64,000 bases of DNA from Deltaproteobacteria bacterium (GCA_002747825.1 PDQQ01000010.1:32461-96460); one strand, 5' to 3'; shown: positions 31,512 to 42,284, counted from the stretch's first letter. Notes: generated from the sequence alone by a model not told the origin. Translations and numbers: made by a program.

Positions 31512-32085
31512 AGTTTCCTCACAAAGTTTGGGGTATCGAAATGGATAAACCAACCGAACAAATCCAAAAAAAATTGCTAACTAAACCATGAGCACAAAAT
31601 ATTTATTGAACTTTTTACTTAGATTTCAATCGGTAAAAAAAGAATATTTTATCAAAAGTTATTTCAAAATCACTTATTTTCAAAGGAATATTTTTCTTGG
31701 TTCATTTTTTGCCTGATCTTTTTAAAAAATTCTTAGAAGAATAATTGAAATACTCTCTTCAAATCTCTGACCCAATAGCCAAAAATTCAAGCTCGCTTAC
31801 GACTTCTCCCTCTGTGATACTTCCTCCCCACAGTATCTATTTTTGCTTCCCAGTTTGTTAAAATTTTTTTCAAGCCAATCATCTGATCTCCTCAGCGATC
31901 TCTAAGGGCAACCGACGACAAAAATCCGTATATATAGACATAAGTTCATATATAAAATTTTTATTGACTTGCGTCAAGGCTTAGTATAAAAAATTAGACA
32001 TATTCATGAAGACTGTTCTCTTGAAGGGGGGTTTTGCTCAAGAAGTAAAACCACAATAGTAAATAGAGAGGTGGTGGAGGGAAAG

Positions 32086-33252
32086 ATGCCAGAAAATAAA
32101 CCGTATATCCTCGTGGAATGGAATGATACCGAAACTGATGCAAAGGGATGGCTATGTGCTTACAACTTTGTAAACAACTATTGTGGAGGCGGAACGCGCA
32201 TGCATCCTACAGTCACAGCAGAAGAGGTCGTCCGCTTGGCCACAACAATGGGATACAAATATAATGCTTGCGAATCAGAAACAACAGGAGGCTGTAAAGG
32301 TGGAATTGCCTACGACTATAAAGCCCCCGATGCAAAAGACGTTTTGCGAAGATATCTTAAGGCAATGTCCCCATATATTTATTGCGGGGTTTCCATTGGT
32401 GGAGACCTTGGCGTAGATTATGCCGATGTACTTGAAATCCTTAATGAATTAGGAATTGGAACACCTCAGACTCACGCAATGAGAACAGATCCAATGCAAC
32501 AAAAAAGGATCCAGGATCACGATGATATTTGCAAAAAAACGTACGACGGCTTTCTCATGTACGACATGATAACGGGTTATGGTTGTGCCGCCGCTCTTGA
32601 TGAAGCGTGGAAATTCAAAGGAAATCCCCCTGGAGCAAAAGTCGTATTACAGGGCTTTGGCTGTGCAGGAGCAAGTATTGCGTATTGCCTAGACAAATGG
32701 GGATACAAGATAATCGGAATAGCTGATGCGAATTGCCTAGTAACATGTGATGATGGACTTGACGTACCCAAGCTTGTAGAAACAAAACTACCTAAAGGTG
32801 AATTAAATCCTGAAAGTTTTGATCCCTCTTGGACTGTTCGTTCCAACGAGGCGTGGCTTGATGTTGATTGTGATATTCTGGTTCCAGCGGCTCTCGAGGA
32901 TGTCATCAATATAGACAACGTAGAAAAAGTTAAGGCCTCACTCATTGTTGAAGCGGCCAATATTCCAGTTACTCCTGAGGCAGATCTAGTGTTGAAAGAA
33001 AAAGGAATAGATGTTTGCGTTGATTTTATTACCAACATGGGCGGGATCCGAATTTATGAAGTTATTATCTTTGGGCTTGTTGAGCCTGAGCCTGCACCAG
33101 TAGCGGAAGATACGATGTCAATTGTTCGGAGACAAACACGGCGTGTCTTTGAAGAGGCCAAAAAGAGTGGCAAAGATACCCGTACCGTAGCGCGAGAACT
33201 ATTCGCTCCCTCCAAATCTGGCTTTCCAGATATGCCTTTTCACTCTATCTAG
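32086..33252 (+). CDS. Glu/Leu/Phe/Val family amino-acid dehydrogenase
   Basis: GGGTRM, GGCKGGI, TGYG, QGFGCAG, DILVPAALE and EAANIP. Confidence 0.9.
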   Translation: MPENKPYILVEWNDTETDAKGWLCAYNFVNNYCGGGTRMHPTVTAEEVVRLATTMGYKYNACESETTGGCKGGIAYDYKAPDAKDVLRRYLKAMSPYIYCGVSIGGDLGVDYADVLEILNELGIGTPQTHAMRTDPMQQKRIQDHDDICKKTYDGFLMYDMITGYGCAAALDEAWKFKGNPPGAKVVLQGFGCAGASIAYCLDKWGYKIIGIADANCLVTCDDGLDVPKLVETKLPKGELNPESFDPSWTVRSNEAWLDVDCDILVPAALEDVINIDNVEKVKASLIVEAANIPVTPEADLVLKEKGIDVCVDFITNMGGIRIYEVIIFGLVEPEPAPVAEDTMSIVRRQTRRVFEEAKKSGKDTRTVARELFAPSKSGFPDMPFHSI

Positions 33253-33405
33253 CATTTTTTGTTGAAGAACGGATGTTAACTGCTAAACTACTTTCTCAAT
33301 TGGATGGGTATTGAATATCAAAACCAAAAAACTTTGTGTAGGAATAATTTCCCACTAAAATCTTTTAGTAAATTCAATTGAGATTGATAATTGACGAGAT
33401 AAGAC

Positions 33406-34635
33406 ATGAATCCTACATTCAAAAAGTATTTAACAATTTTCGCTCTTGCCCTTTCTGGTGGTTCCATATACACACTTCCGTACATAAAATATGTATTTTA
33501 TGACACACAACTGGAAGTAATGGGTATAACCAACACACAATCGGGGTTCCTAATTAGTATGTATGCTATTGGATGTATTCTGTCATATATTCCAGGGGGC
33601 ATAATTACCGATAAGATTAGTCCTCGAAAAGCACTGAGTTTTTCACTCTTTGGAACGGCCGTGCTTGGAATGATTTATGCCTTCAGTTTTAATTATATTG
33701 TTTCCCTCGTCGTCTGGCTTCTCTTTGCCCTCACTACAGCTTTTGTCTTTTGGACATCATTGCTCAAAGCTATTGGAATGGCTGGGGACAGCGAAGAGCA
33801 AGGTCGCCTCTACGGTATTTATTATGCAGGGAATGGAATTACCGGCGCTATTGTAAACAGCCTGGCGTTAAAAGCTTTTTCTATGGGAAGTTCGCCCCGC
33901 GAGAGCCTCTTTCTTGCTGTTACCGTGATGTGTGTGGGTATTACTATCGCCGGAATCCTTGTATATTTCTTGCTTGACGATCAAAAGGGTGAAAAAATTG
34001 CGGATGAAGACAAATTCAAATTTGATGCCGTCGGTAGACTACTGAAGAGTCCAATGTTATGGTGCTTTTCTCTTGTTGTTTTCTCCGGTTATGCAATTTT
34101 CTCCAGCACAAGTTACTTCACTCCTTATCTTACCAATGTCGTTGGACTTTCTGTTGAAGAATCTGGTGTATATGCAATTATTCGTTCTTACTTTTTCTAC
34201 CTTTTAGCACCTATTGGCGGTTATTTGGCTGATCGTGTTCTCCGTTCTACGTCTAAATTATTTCTTATACTCTTCGCTATCCTTGCGGGAACTATCTGTG
34301 GAGCAATGTTTTTGCCCGCCTCTATGGGGATCACCGCCATCAGTGTTTACACGCTACTTCCGGGAGCATTCGGATTAATGTTATACGGATTAGTTTTTTC
34401 TGTAGTACGAGAACTTGGAATCCCCCTCAAAGTCGCTGGAACAGCGATAGGAGTTGCCTCAATTATTGGCTATATGCCTGATTTCTTCTTTTCTGCGCTG
34501 TTTGGAAGTTGGCTTGATGCTTACGGAAATAATGGATACAACTTTATTTTCACATTCCTTACGAGTGTAGCTGTTGTTGGTTTTATATGCTCTTTAATCA
34601 TTTACCTTAGCTGGAATAAAAAGAGAGCTTTGTAA
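33406..34635 (+). CDS. MFS transporter
   Basis: About 12 TM segments; PGGIITDKISPR, EQGR and GGYLADR. Confidence 0.88.
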   Translation: MNPTFKKYLTIFALALSGGSIYTLPYIKYVFYDTQLEVMGITNTQSGFLISMYAIGCILSYIPGGIITDKISPRKALSFSLFGTAVLGMIYAFSFNYIVSLVVWLLFALTTAFVFWTSLLKAIGMAGDSEEQGRLYGIYYAGNGITGAIVNSLALKAFSMGSSPRESLFLAVTVMCVGITIAGILVYFLLDDQKGEKIADEDKFKFDAVGRLLKSPMLWCFSLVVFSGYAIFSSTSYFTPYLTNVVGLSVEESGVYAIIRSYFFYLLAPIGGYLADRVLRSTSKLFLILFAILAGTICGAMFLPASMGITAISVYTLLPGAFGLMLYGLVFSVVRELGIPLKVAGTAIGVASIIGYMPDFFFSALFGSWLDAYGNNGYNFIFTFLTSVAVVGFICSLIIYLSWNKKRAL

Positions 34636-34657
34636 CATTAGTTCAGAATTATTTTTT

Positions 34658-34696
34658 TTAACCCTGGATAATTCACTCATCAATTATTCAGGGTTT
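34658..34696. terminator. Intergenic hairpin between the MFS and ferredoxin genes
   Basis: aaccctggataatt...aattattcagggtt followed by tttg. Confidence 0.4.
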
Positions 34697-34726
34697 TGTC
34701 ATAAATAATTTTCTTATTGATATCTA

Positions 34727-34945
34727 ATGACTACTAAAAAACGAGCATGGATGGAGCAAAACACGGAGCGCTGCAAGTCGTGTGGTTATTGCGTGCTTAC
34801 ATGTCCTAAAAAAGCTCTTTCTTTTTCTGAAACGACGAATAGTAGAGGCTATACCACAGTCGCTCTTGACACAGAGAAATGTATAGTTTGTGGGATTTGT
34901 TACTCTGTTTGTCCTGACTATGTTTATGAAAGAAGAGAGAAATGA
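34727..34945 (+). CDS. 2[4Fe-4S] ferredoxin (delta subunit of 2-oxoacid:ferredoxin oxidoreductase)
   Basis: CKSCGYCVLTCP and CIVCGICYSVCP. Confidence 0.92.
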   Translation: MTTKKRAWMEQNTERCKSCGYCVLTCPKKALSFSETTNSRGYTTVALDTEKCIVCGICYSVCPDYVYERREK

Positions 34946-35991
34946 ATATGACTTTACAGCTTATGAAAGGGAACGACGCCTTGGCAGAAGGAGCGATCCG
35001 TGCAGGTTGTCGTTTTTTTGGTGGATATCCCATAACCCCACAAAGTGAAATTTTAGAATACTTGTCTGTAGCGTTACCTAAAGCTGGAGGAATTTTCATC
35101 CAGGCAGAGTCTGAACTGGCGGGCATTAATATGGTTTACGGAGCTGCTGCTGCTGGTTTTCGCGCAATGACCAGCTCTTCTGGACCGGGGTATAGTCTCT
35201 TGCAAGAGGGGATTTCCTATATTGCTTCAGCGGAACTACCAGCTGTCTTTGTTAATGTTCAACGTTATGGTTCAGGGTTGGGAGATATCTTTCAAGCCCA
35301 GGGAGATTATTTCCAAGCCACACATGGAGGAGGACATGGCGATTTTCGTTTAATGGTATTCGCTCCTTCTTCTGTTCAGGAATGCGTTGATTTTATGCGA
35401 TTAGCTTTTGATAAAGCAGAAGAATATCGGAACCCTAGCTTAATCCTTTCTGATGCCTCCATTTCCCAAACCATGGAGCCTGTTCTTTTACCAGAACCAA
35501 TAGAAATAAACCCAGATCACCAATGGGCAGCGAGAGGTAAACGTGGAGGCGATTTTAAACGTATAACTTCTACCATGTATTACATTAAGAATTTTGATCA
35601 CTACATTAAACAGAAATACGATCGAATTTCTTCATTAGAACAACGCTGGGAAACAGTTAATGTCGAAGATGCTGAGTTGGTTTTGGTGGCATATGGAATC
35701 AGTTCTCGTATTTGTAAAGAAGCTGTATATAACGCTCGCAGCGAGGGTATCAAACTGGGCTTGTTACGACCGATAACTCTGTGGCCCTTTCCCGAGAAAG
35801 CCTTTGCAGAGATAAATCCGGCAGTAAAAGCGTTTCTCACTGTAGAACTGTCAGCATTACCACAAATTGAAATGGATGTAAAAATTGCCTGCAAGATGAA
35901 AGTACCAGTCACACACTTTCTTGCCGGGGCAAATATACCTGAACCTGAGGACATTATCGAAAAATCAAACTCTATACTACAACACAAATAA
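34942..35991 (+). CDS. 2-oxoacid:ferredoxin oxidoreductase alpha subunit (VorB-like)
   Basis: GYPITPQSE, QAESE, TSSSGPG, GGGHGD and RPITLWPFP. Confidence 0.92.
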   Translation: MNMTLQLMKGNDALAEGAIRAGCRFFGGYPITPQSEILEYLSVALPKAGGIFIQAESELAGINMVYGAAAAGFRAMTSSSGPGYSLLQEGISYIASAELPAVFVNVQRYGSGLGDIFQAQGDYFQATHGGGHGDFRLMVFAPSSVQECVDFMRLAFDKAEEYRNPSLILSDASISQTMEPVLLPEPIEINPDHQWAARGKRGGDFKRITSTMYYIKNFDHYIKQKYDRISSLEQRWETVNVEDAELVLVAYGISSRICKEAVYNARSEGIKLGLLRPITLWPFPEKAFAEINPAVKAFLTVELSALPQIEMDVKIACKMKVPVTHFLAGANIPEPEDIIEKSNSILQHK

Positions 35992-36001
35992 AGAGGATCC
36001 T

Positions 36002-36745
36002 ATGGCTCAAAGACTTATCCCTCAATTACTTGTTGAAAACAATAAATTTTGTCCTGGTTGTGGGCACGGCATTATAAATCGGATCGTGGCAGAAGTGCTC
36101 GAAGATGAAGGCTACGCCGACAAAACGATAGGCGCGCTGGCAGTCGGATGTGGTTGCCTGATGATGGATACTTTCGGTATTGATTGGGTTCAAGCCCCGC
36201 ATGGCCGTGCGGGGGCCGTCGCGACAGGCATAAAAAGGATGCGGCCTGAATGTTGTGTGATTTCTTACCAAGGTGATGGAGATTCTTTATCCATTGGCTT
36301 TTCTGAAACAGTTTATGCTGCTGTTCGTAACGAGAATTTCACCGCAATCATAGTCAATAATGGAATATTCGGCATGACCGGAGGGCAGATGGCTCCCACC
36401 TCTTTACCTGGACAAAAAACAGCCACCTCTCCCTTTGGCCGGGATAGCGGTGTTACCGGACAACCGCTAAACATTATTAATCAGCTCTTGCAATTGCCTG
36501 TGGGATATTTAGCCAGAGGATCTGTGAACACACCAAAAGATATCAATATCACAAAAAAATATCTTAAAAAAGCATTAGAAACACAGATGTCTGGAAAAGG
36601 GTATTCGATGGTAGAAATTCTCTCTCCATGCCCGACAAATTGGCATATGACCTTAGAGAAAAGCCTCAACTATATTGAGGTCAGTGTAAAATCAATCTAT
36701 CCGACTGGCGAATATATTGTAGACGGGAAAAAATGCAATGATTAA
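36002..36745 (+). CDS. 2-oxoacid:ferredoxin oxidoreductase beta (TPP-binding) subunit
   Basis: FCPGCGHG, HGRA, YQGDGD, NNGIFGMTGGQ and SPCPTNW. Confidence 0.92.
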   Translation: MAQRLIPQLLVENNKFCPGCGHGIINRIVAEVLEDEGYADKTIGALAVGCGCLMMDTFGIDWVQAPHGRAGAVATGIKRMRPECCVISYQGDGDSLSIGFSETVYAAVRNENFTAIIVNNGIFGMTGGQMAPTSLPGQKTATSPFGRDSGVTGQPLNIINQLLQLPVGYLARGSVNTPKDINITKKYLKKALETQMSGKGYSMVEILSPCPTNWHMTLEKSLNYIEVSVKSIYPTGEYIVDGKKCND

Positions 36746-37271
36746 TGTAACTTGTGTAGGTTTTGGCGGACAAGGCGTTTTAACAATGGGATTGCTATTG
36801 GCGAACGTCCTGATGCTCGCAGGGAAGAAACTGACCTGGGTCCCATCTTACGGCTCAGAAATGCGTGGAGGAACAGCTGCTTGTCACCTTCGGATAGGGG
36901 ATACCCCGATAACCAACCCTTTTTTTAAAAAGATAGACGTTCTTATTGGCATGAATGATCAATCGATTGATTCTTATCAAAAAAATGTCGTACGAGACGG
37001 TTTTCTTATTCGAAATACTTCCATGAGTCAGGATATTACCTTACGGGAGGATATTCATATTATTGAAATAGATGCAAACCGTATTGCGACTGAACTGGAC
37101 AATATACGTGGAACAAACATTGTTATTCTGGGAGCAGCTATTGCAGCCACTCGACTTACAGATGTGGAAACTTTTGCAGAAGGTATTGACAATTACTTTG
37201 GGAAAAAAGGAATTAAAAATCCGGCAAACAGAGCATGTTTTCTTCAAGGCGCATCTTGTATAAGAGGCTGA
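36738..37271 (+). CDS. 2-oxoacid:ferredoxin oxidoreductase gamma subunit
   Basis: GFGGQGV and PSYGSEMRGG. Confidence 0.92.
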   Translation: MINVTCVGFGGQGVLTMGLLLANVLMLAGKKLTWVPSYGSEMRGGTAACHLRIGDTPITNPFFKKIDVLIGMNDQSIDSYQKNVVRDGFLIRNTSMSQDITLREDIHIIEIDANRIATELDNIRGTNIVILGAAIAATRLTDVETFAEGIDNYFGKKGIKNPANRACFLQGASCIRG

Positions 37272-37275
37272 AAAT

Positions 37276-39375
37276 ATGGATATTAATAAATTACTGTCAC
37301 CTCAAAAAACCGCGATTATTGGCGCCAGTGAAAAAGAAGGTTTTGGCGGAGATACCTGTCGTAATGCAATATCATATGCAGATATGAGCAACGTTTATAT
37401 GGTCAATCCCAAACGTAGTGAAGTTTTTGGTTATAAATGCTGGCCATCTCTTTCATCAATTCCAGAAAATATAGACCTTGCTATTCTATGTACTCCTCAA
37501 AAAAGTATTGTGCCCTTAATTAAGGAGGCTGCAGCTGTGGGAGTACGTGCAGTTGTTGTTTATGCTAGTGGTTATTCAGAAACAGGAACACAGAAAGGTG
37601 AACAGGCAGAAATTGAATTAAAAGAACTTTGTAATCAACTGGACATTGCATTGATGGGACCGAACTGTGCCGGTTTTATGAATTATAATGACCATGTCTC
37701 AGCTTTTGCCTTCATTTCAGAGCAAAGAGATCGTTCTGGCTCTGTCGGTTTTATTTCTCAAAGCGGCCAGCTTTGTCTTTCTTTTATAGATCATCCTGCA
37801 ATGCGCTTCTCTTACTGTATCTCCGCTGGTAACTGCGCAGTTGTTACCATGGAAGACTATTTACAATTTTTAATAAATGATCAAAAAACAAAAGTAATAG
37901 GAATCTATCTTGAAGGAGTAACGAATCCCCAGAAATTCGTTTCTGCTCTTGCCAATGCTGCAAAGAAGAGAAAACCAATAATAATCCATAAAGTTGGAAA
38001 AAGTAAAAAAGGGGAACGTGTAGCTGCTTCTCATACAGGTTCTTTATCAGGATCAGACGATATCTACAGTGCGTTATTCGAAAAATTTGGAGTTATCCGA
38101 GTAGATGATGCTGAAGAATTGCTTGCCACAACGCAACTTCTGGCAACAATAACAAAATTACCCGAAAAAGCCGGTTTTGCCTCACTAAGCTTTTCTGGAG
38201 GAGAAACAGGTATTTGTGCTGATCTGGGAGAAAAATTTAGTATAGAATATCCAGACTTTTCACAAAAAACACTTTCTCGTCTGCGAGAATTACTACCAAG
38301 CTACGCTACTCCTGCGAATCCTTTAGATACAACTGCGACTATAGCCTATGACATTGATACGTATGCCAATGTTTTAGAGGCTGTCATTGAAGACCCCTCT
38401 GTAGACATGGTTATCATTGGCTACACATTACTTTATAAAATTGCAGACCCCGCAATTCATTACATGGCAGAAGGGATAAAAAAAATAGTTGAAAATGGCT
38501 GCAATAAACCCATTGCAATGCTACCATTTTTTGAAAATACTCGAAATCCAGAATATGAAGTAAAACTGGCCCAAATGGGTATTCCAGTTTTACCTCCACC
38601 AGCTTATGGCTTTGCGGCTTTAAGAAATCTTTCTAACTATGTAAAATATTCGCCAGAGAAACACACACTAGAAATTGCCATCCCGAAAAAAAGCACAAAA
38701 AAAACCGGGAAAAAAATACTTTCCGAACTTGAAAGTCAAGAAATCCTACATAAATTCAATATTCCTACACCAAAGACAATTCTTGCTACAGATGAAGAAG
38801 AGGCTGTTCAAGCGGCTGAAAAAATTCAATCTCCTGTGGTTATGAAGATCTGCTCTGCTCAAATTGCTCACAAATCTGACATTGGAGGAGTCAAACTCAA
38901 TATTAAAGGAGAACATAATATACGGGGAAATTACAGGTTAATAGTCGAGAATGCTAGGAAAAAATTGCCTAACGCTGATATTGATGGAGTATTAATACAA
39001 GAAATGCTTCCTCCCGGAAAAGAAATAATTGTGGGAGTAAAAAATGATCCACAGTTTGGGCCAGCCATACTTGTTGGTTTAGGCGGGATTTTTGTTGAAG
39101 TTTTCAAAGATACTGCCTTGCTACCGGCGCCCTTTAACAAAGAAGAAGCCCTTGTAATGCTGAAGAGTTTAAAAGCTTGGCCTCTTTTTTCAGGATATAG
39201 AGGACAAGCAGAACTTGATGTTGAAAAACTGACAGAGATTCTGGCTTCAGTCTCAAAAATGGCAGCAGATTTTCGAGATACCATCGCTGAATTTGATATT
39301 AATCCTCTCTTTGTTTTCGAAAAAGGGAAAGGGGTTTGCGCTGCTGACGCTCTAGCAGTTTTTATATATGAATAA
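37276..39375 (+). CDS. ADP-forming acetate/acyl-CoA ligase (fused alpha-beta ACD)
   Basis: IIGAS, GPNCAG, SQSG, ASHTGSLSG (phospho-His), HKSDIGGV and DINPL. Confidence 0.9.
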   Translation: MDINKLLSPQKTAIIGASEKEGFGGDTCRNAISYADMSNVYMVNPKRSEVFGYKCWPSLSSIPENIDLAILCTPQKSIVPLIKEAAAVGVRAVVVYASGYSETGTQKGEQAEIELKELCNQLDIALMGPNCAGFMNYNDHVSAFAFISEQRDRSGSVGFISQSGQLCLSFIDHPAMRFSYCISAGNCAVVTMEDYLQFLINDQKTKVIGIYLEGVTNPQKFVSALANAAKKRKPIIIHKVGKSKKGERVAASHTGSLSGSDDIYSALFEKFGVIRVDDAEELLATTQLLATITKLPEKAGFASLSFSGGETGICADLGEKFSIEYPDFSQKTLSRLRELLPSYATPANPLDTTATIAYDIDTYANVLEAVIEDPSVDMVIIGYTLLYKIADPAIHYMAEGIKKIVENGCNKPIAMLPFFENTRNPEYEVKLAQMGIPVLPPPAYGFAALRNLSNYVKYSPEKHTLEIAIPKKSTKKTGKKILSELESQEILHKFNIPTPKTILATDEEEAVQAAEKIQSPVVMKICSAQIAHKSDIGGVKLNIKGEHNIRGNYRLIVENARKKLPNADIDGVLIQEMLPPGKEIIVGVKNDPQFGPAILVGLGGIFVEVFKDTALLPAPFNKEEALVMLKSLKAWPLFSGYRGQAELDVEKLTEILASVSKMAADFRDTIAEFDINPLFVFEKGKGVCAADALAVFIYE

Positions 39376-39834
39376 ATAGACAACACCCCACCAAAATTCG
39401 TGTTAATTACCTCCTAAAAGGGTTAAATTTTCAGACACTTCGAGATGGCATTGAGCCCTCCTGCGATCTTCTTCTCTTTTCTCAAGAAGATTTTCCCCTT
39501 TCATCGCAAACCTGTTTACATTGATTCTAGCTTTCCCTCAAAGCGTCCATCGAAGTGTAAACCTGAGGCTTCGCAATAAAGAACGTTGACATTGACAGAA
39601 TCAGTAAATACCTGTATGGAAAAGGGTCCGGCACTTTAAGATTTTTATAAAAAATACAAGTAGGACATTCTGCGAATGAAAAAAGGATTTAAAATTACAA
39701 TAAAGCAACAGATAAGCCAAAACCTTATTTTTTATTTCATTATATCCAGATAAATTCTTGAAGGAGCTTTAAAAGGGGTTTTCCCGCTTTAAAAAAAAAT
39801 AAGAAAAATTTAAGATAATACGAATACAAAAACC

Positions 39835-40584
39835 ATGAAAGTTAACCGCACTATATGGCGTACTGTCGAACTACTCAAATTGCTTGCGAATAACCCAAAA
39901 GGTCTAACGGCTTCAGAGTTAAGAGATAAACTGCAGATACCCAAAAGCAGTACTTTTGACATCATTAATACTTTACGAACCTGCAACTTTATTTTTCAAT
40001 TTGGAAGACGTTTTTATATTGGCTCTATGGCTCAAGAGATTGGAGAAGCTTATTCTCCGAGCACCAGTATTTGTTTCATTTCTGAAGCACTAATAACGCA
40101 GCTCGTAAGAAAAAATGGAGTCTCTTGCTCTTTAGTTTTTTATAATGATGGAAAACTTGAGTATGCTCTAGTAAAAAGACCTGAGGGTTGTATCATTTCT
40201 CCAGAAAGGTTAATCAGAGACAGCTACATCCACGCCGCGGCATCTGGGAAAGTGTTGCTTGCCTGGATTTCAAAAAATCGTTTAAAGAAAATTCTTCCTC
40301 AGCTTTCTTATAAAAAATTCACAAAAAACACCTTAAAAAATGAGCAGGAGTTTCTCCAAGAATTAAACCGAGTCCGTGAGCAGGGATTTGCTATAGACAA
40401 TAAAGAATTTAATGAACTCCTGACCTGTATTTCTGTCCCCTTGTTTAACAAAAAAAAAATCATTGCTGCATTGACATTCTCTGACATTCATATCAAAAAA
40501 AAACATATCAATCAACTTGTTAAAGAACTAAAAGTCACCGCTGAGAAGATCGAAGAAAAATTAACAAAAGAGTGGAACGTCTAG
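39835..40584 (+). CDS. IclR-family transcriptional regulator
   Basis: wHTH with PKSSTFDIINTL; HAAASGKVLLA; ELNRVREQGFAID. Confidence 0.9.
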   Translation: MKVNRTIWRTVELLKLLANNPKGLTASELRDKLQIPKSSTFDIINTLRTCNFIFQFGRRFYIGSMAQEIGEAYSPSTSICFISEALITQLVRKNGVSCSLVFYNDGKLEYALVKRPEGCIISPERLIRDSYIHAAASGKVLLAWISKNRLKKILPQLSYKKFTKNTLKNEQEFLQELNRVREQGFAIDNKEFNELLTCISVPLFNKKKIIAALTFSDIHIKKKHINQLVKELKVTAEKIEEKLTKEWNV

Positions 40585-40709
40585 GGTCTTTTAATTCAGC
40601 TTCTTTTTTCAAATTTTTCAGACATATATAATTTTCACTTTTTGATAAAGAAGCAAGAAAATAGCTCAACTATTTAAAAGTTATTTAGAATAAGTATCCA
40701 ACAGACAAA

Positions 40710-42281
40710 TTACGATACAAAACAATAAGGATCCTTCTGTCTGAAAATATCAAGCCCAAAGCCATAGCTGACAGCCAGGCAGCCTCCACAGGCCGGTCGA
40801 ATACTGCAGCCTTCGCATTGTGACGGCCCTCGCCGGTACTGCCGCGCCTGGGGGCTATGGTAGATATCATCAAGACTCTGCTCCAGAATATTACCTATCC
40901 GTGACGGCAACTTCCTACAGGCATGTACATCACCATTGGCAAGCAGAGAGACAAAATTGAAGGCCGCCCCACAGCCAAACCCCGTGCAACCTCCGAACAA
41001 GTTCTGTCCTTCCTCATATCTCAGCAGATTGAAAAAATTATCCTTGAACGCCATATGGCCATGCTGTCGTGCTGCTCTACTGTATGCCTCAAGGAACTCC
41101 CGATACCCCTCCCTCGGGGCAGATGCAAGCGCAGCACCTTCACCTACCATCGCCAGCCGGTTGAAGGTAAAAAGGTCTACTTTATTTTTCAGCAGCATCG
41201 CCAGTTCAACGACCTGATCCTGATTGGCCTTTGTAAGGGTCAACATCACCATCGAGTAGAGGTTGTATCTCTTGAGCAAATCCAGAAAAGACATGATCCT
41301 GGAAAAATGTCCCTCTCCTCGGATGGTATCGTTATGTTCCTCGAGCCCCTCCAGGCTGACCTGAAAAAAAGCAGGCGCCTGGATGGCAACAATCTTTTGT
41401 AAGATATCCTCTTCAACAGGATTTCCGAGAATTGCTGTAACAAAACCTAAGTCTACAGCCTCCTTATACACGGTAAAAAAATGAGGGTACAGCAGCGGGT
41501 TACCACCGGTAAAACTGACCTGGCCAGAGACGTGGTGCCTTTTGCAAAAACCGTAGAACTTTTGCAAGACCTCCCTTGCCTGCTCCAGACTCAGGCAGCG
41601 GCTGTTGTTGCGATCGTAGCAGTGCAGGCAGTGCAGGTCACAAGCCTGGGTAAGATGCCATTGTAAGGTGAAAACCTCGGCAACCGAATATCGCGAATGC
41701 TCCTGCGTATTTTCAGGATTGGTAAAAAAATGTTCCCCTCTCCTGATTTTTGATTCGGGCGCAAGTAACAGTCCCTCGGCCACAGCCCGTTCGAGCAAAG
41801 TGTCGAGGACGGCAACCGTAGTATCTGCTTCTGCGGCTATCTTCTGGATATCCAGCTGTTCGGCCACAATCTTCAGGGCAAGCAACTGATGATCTGTAAG
41901 AGAACAAAGAACAGGGCGCTCCTGAGCCTGCGCGACATAGACCGCCACATAATCATGCCCTTCAACAGGCTCTACATCTTTACCGGCAAGCAGTTTCGGC
42001 AACCCCTTCCAACCTGCTTCAACAATTTCAAGGCACGGATTAACAATCAAACACTTAGGCGGAGAGATTGCAGGCTCCTCACCTTTTTCCTGCCGTTGCT
42101 GTATCTGTCGCCAAGCGCGATCAATCTCTGCAACATCGGCAATCCAGGGTACGACTGCGAGAAGCTCTGGGGCAAATTCAACGGAAAACCTCTGCCAATC
42201 AGGAAGAAATCGACAAATCATCCTGTAGCAGTGTGGATATTCGTTTTGAAAGATCTGTTTTTTGTTCTCTTGACAAGGCAT
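40710..42281 (-). CDS. sbtM: Radical SAM/SPASM peptide maturase, SbtM (selenobiotic) type
   Basis: FTLQWHLTQACDLHCLHCY (CX3CX2C) and TGGNP; SPASM cysteines CTGFGC...ACRK...CEGC...CGGC...DPYC; long N-terminal extension; adjacent to the UGA-containing precursor. Confidence 0.88.
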   Translation of the reverse strand: MPCQENKKQIFQNEYPHCYRMICRFLPDWQRFSVEFAPELLAVVPWIADVAEIDRAWRQIQQRQEKGEEPAISPPKCLIVNPCLEIVEAGWKGLPKLLAGKDVEPVEGHDYVAVYVAQAQERPVLCSLTDHQLLALKIVAEQLDIQKIAAEADTTVAVLDTLLERAVAEGLLLAPESKIRRGEHFFTNPENTQEHSRYSVAEVFTLQWHLTQACDLHCLHCYDRNNSRCLSLEQAREVLQKFYGFCKRHHVSGQVSFTGGNPLLYPHFFTVYKEAVDLGFVTAILGNPVEEDILQKIVAIQAPAFFQVSLEGLEEHNDTIRGEGHFSRIMSFLDLLKRYNLYSMVMLTLTKANQDQVVELAMLLKNKVDLFTFNRLAMVGEGAALASAPREGYREFLEAYSRAARQHGHMAFKDNFFNLLRYEEGQNLFGGCTGFGCGAAFNFVSLLANGDVHACRKLPSRIGNILEQSLDDIYHSPQARQYRRGPSQCEGCSIRPACGGCLAVSYGFGLDIFRQKDPYCFVS

Positions 42282-42284
42282 AAT

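Larger units (their letters stand above)
29380..40700. mobile_element. Putative horizontally acquired AT-rich catabolic island (boundaries approximate)
   Basis: Visible shift to A/T-ending codons and AT-rich intergenic DNA; no integrase seen. Confidence 0.55.
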
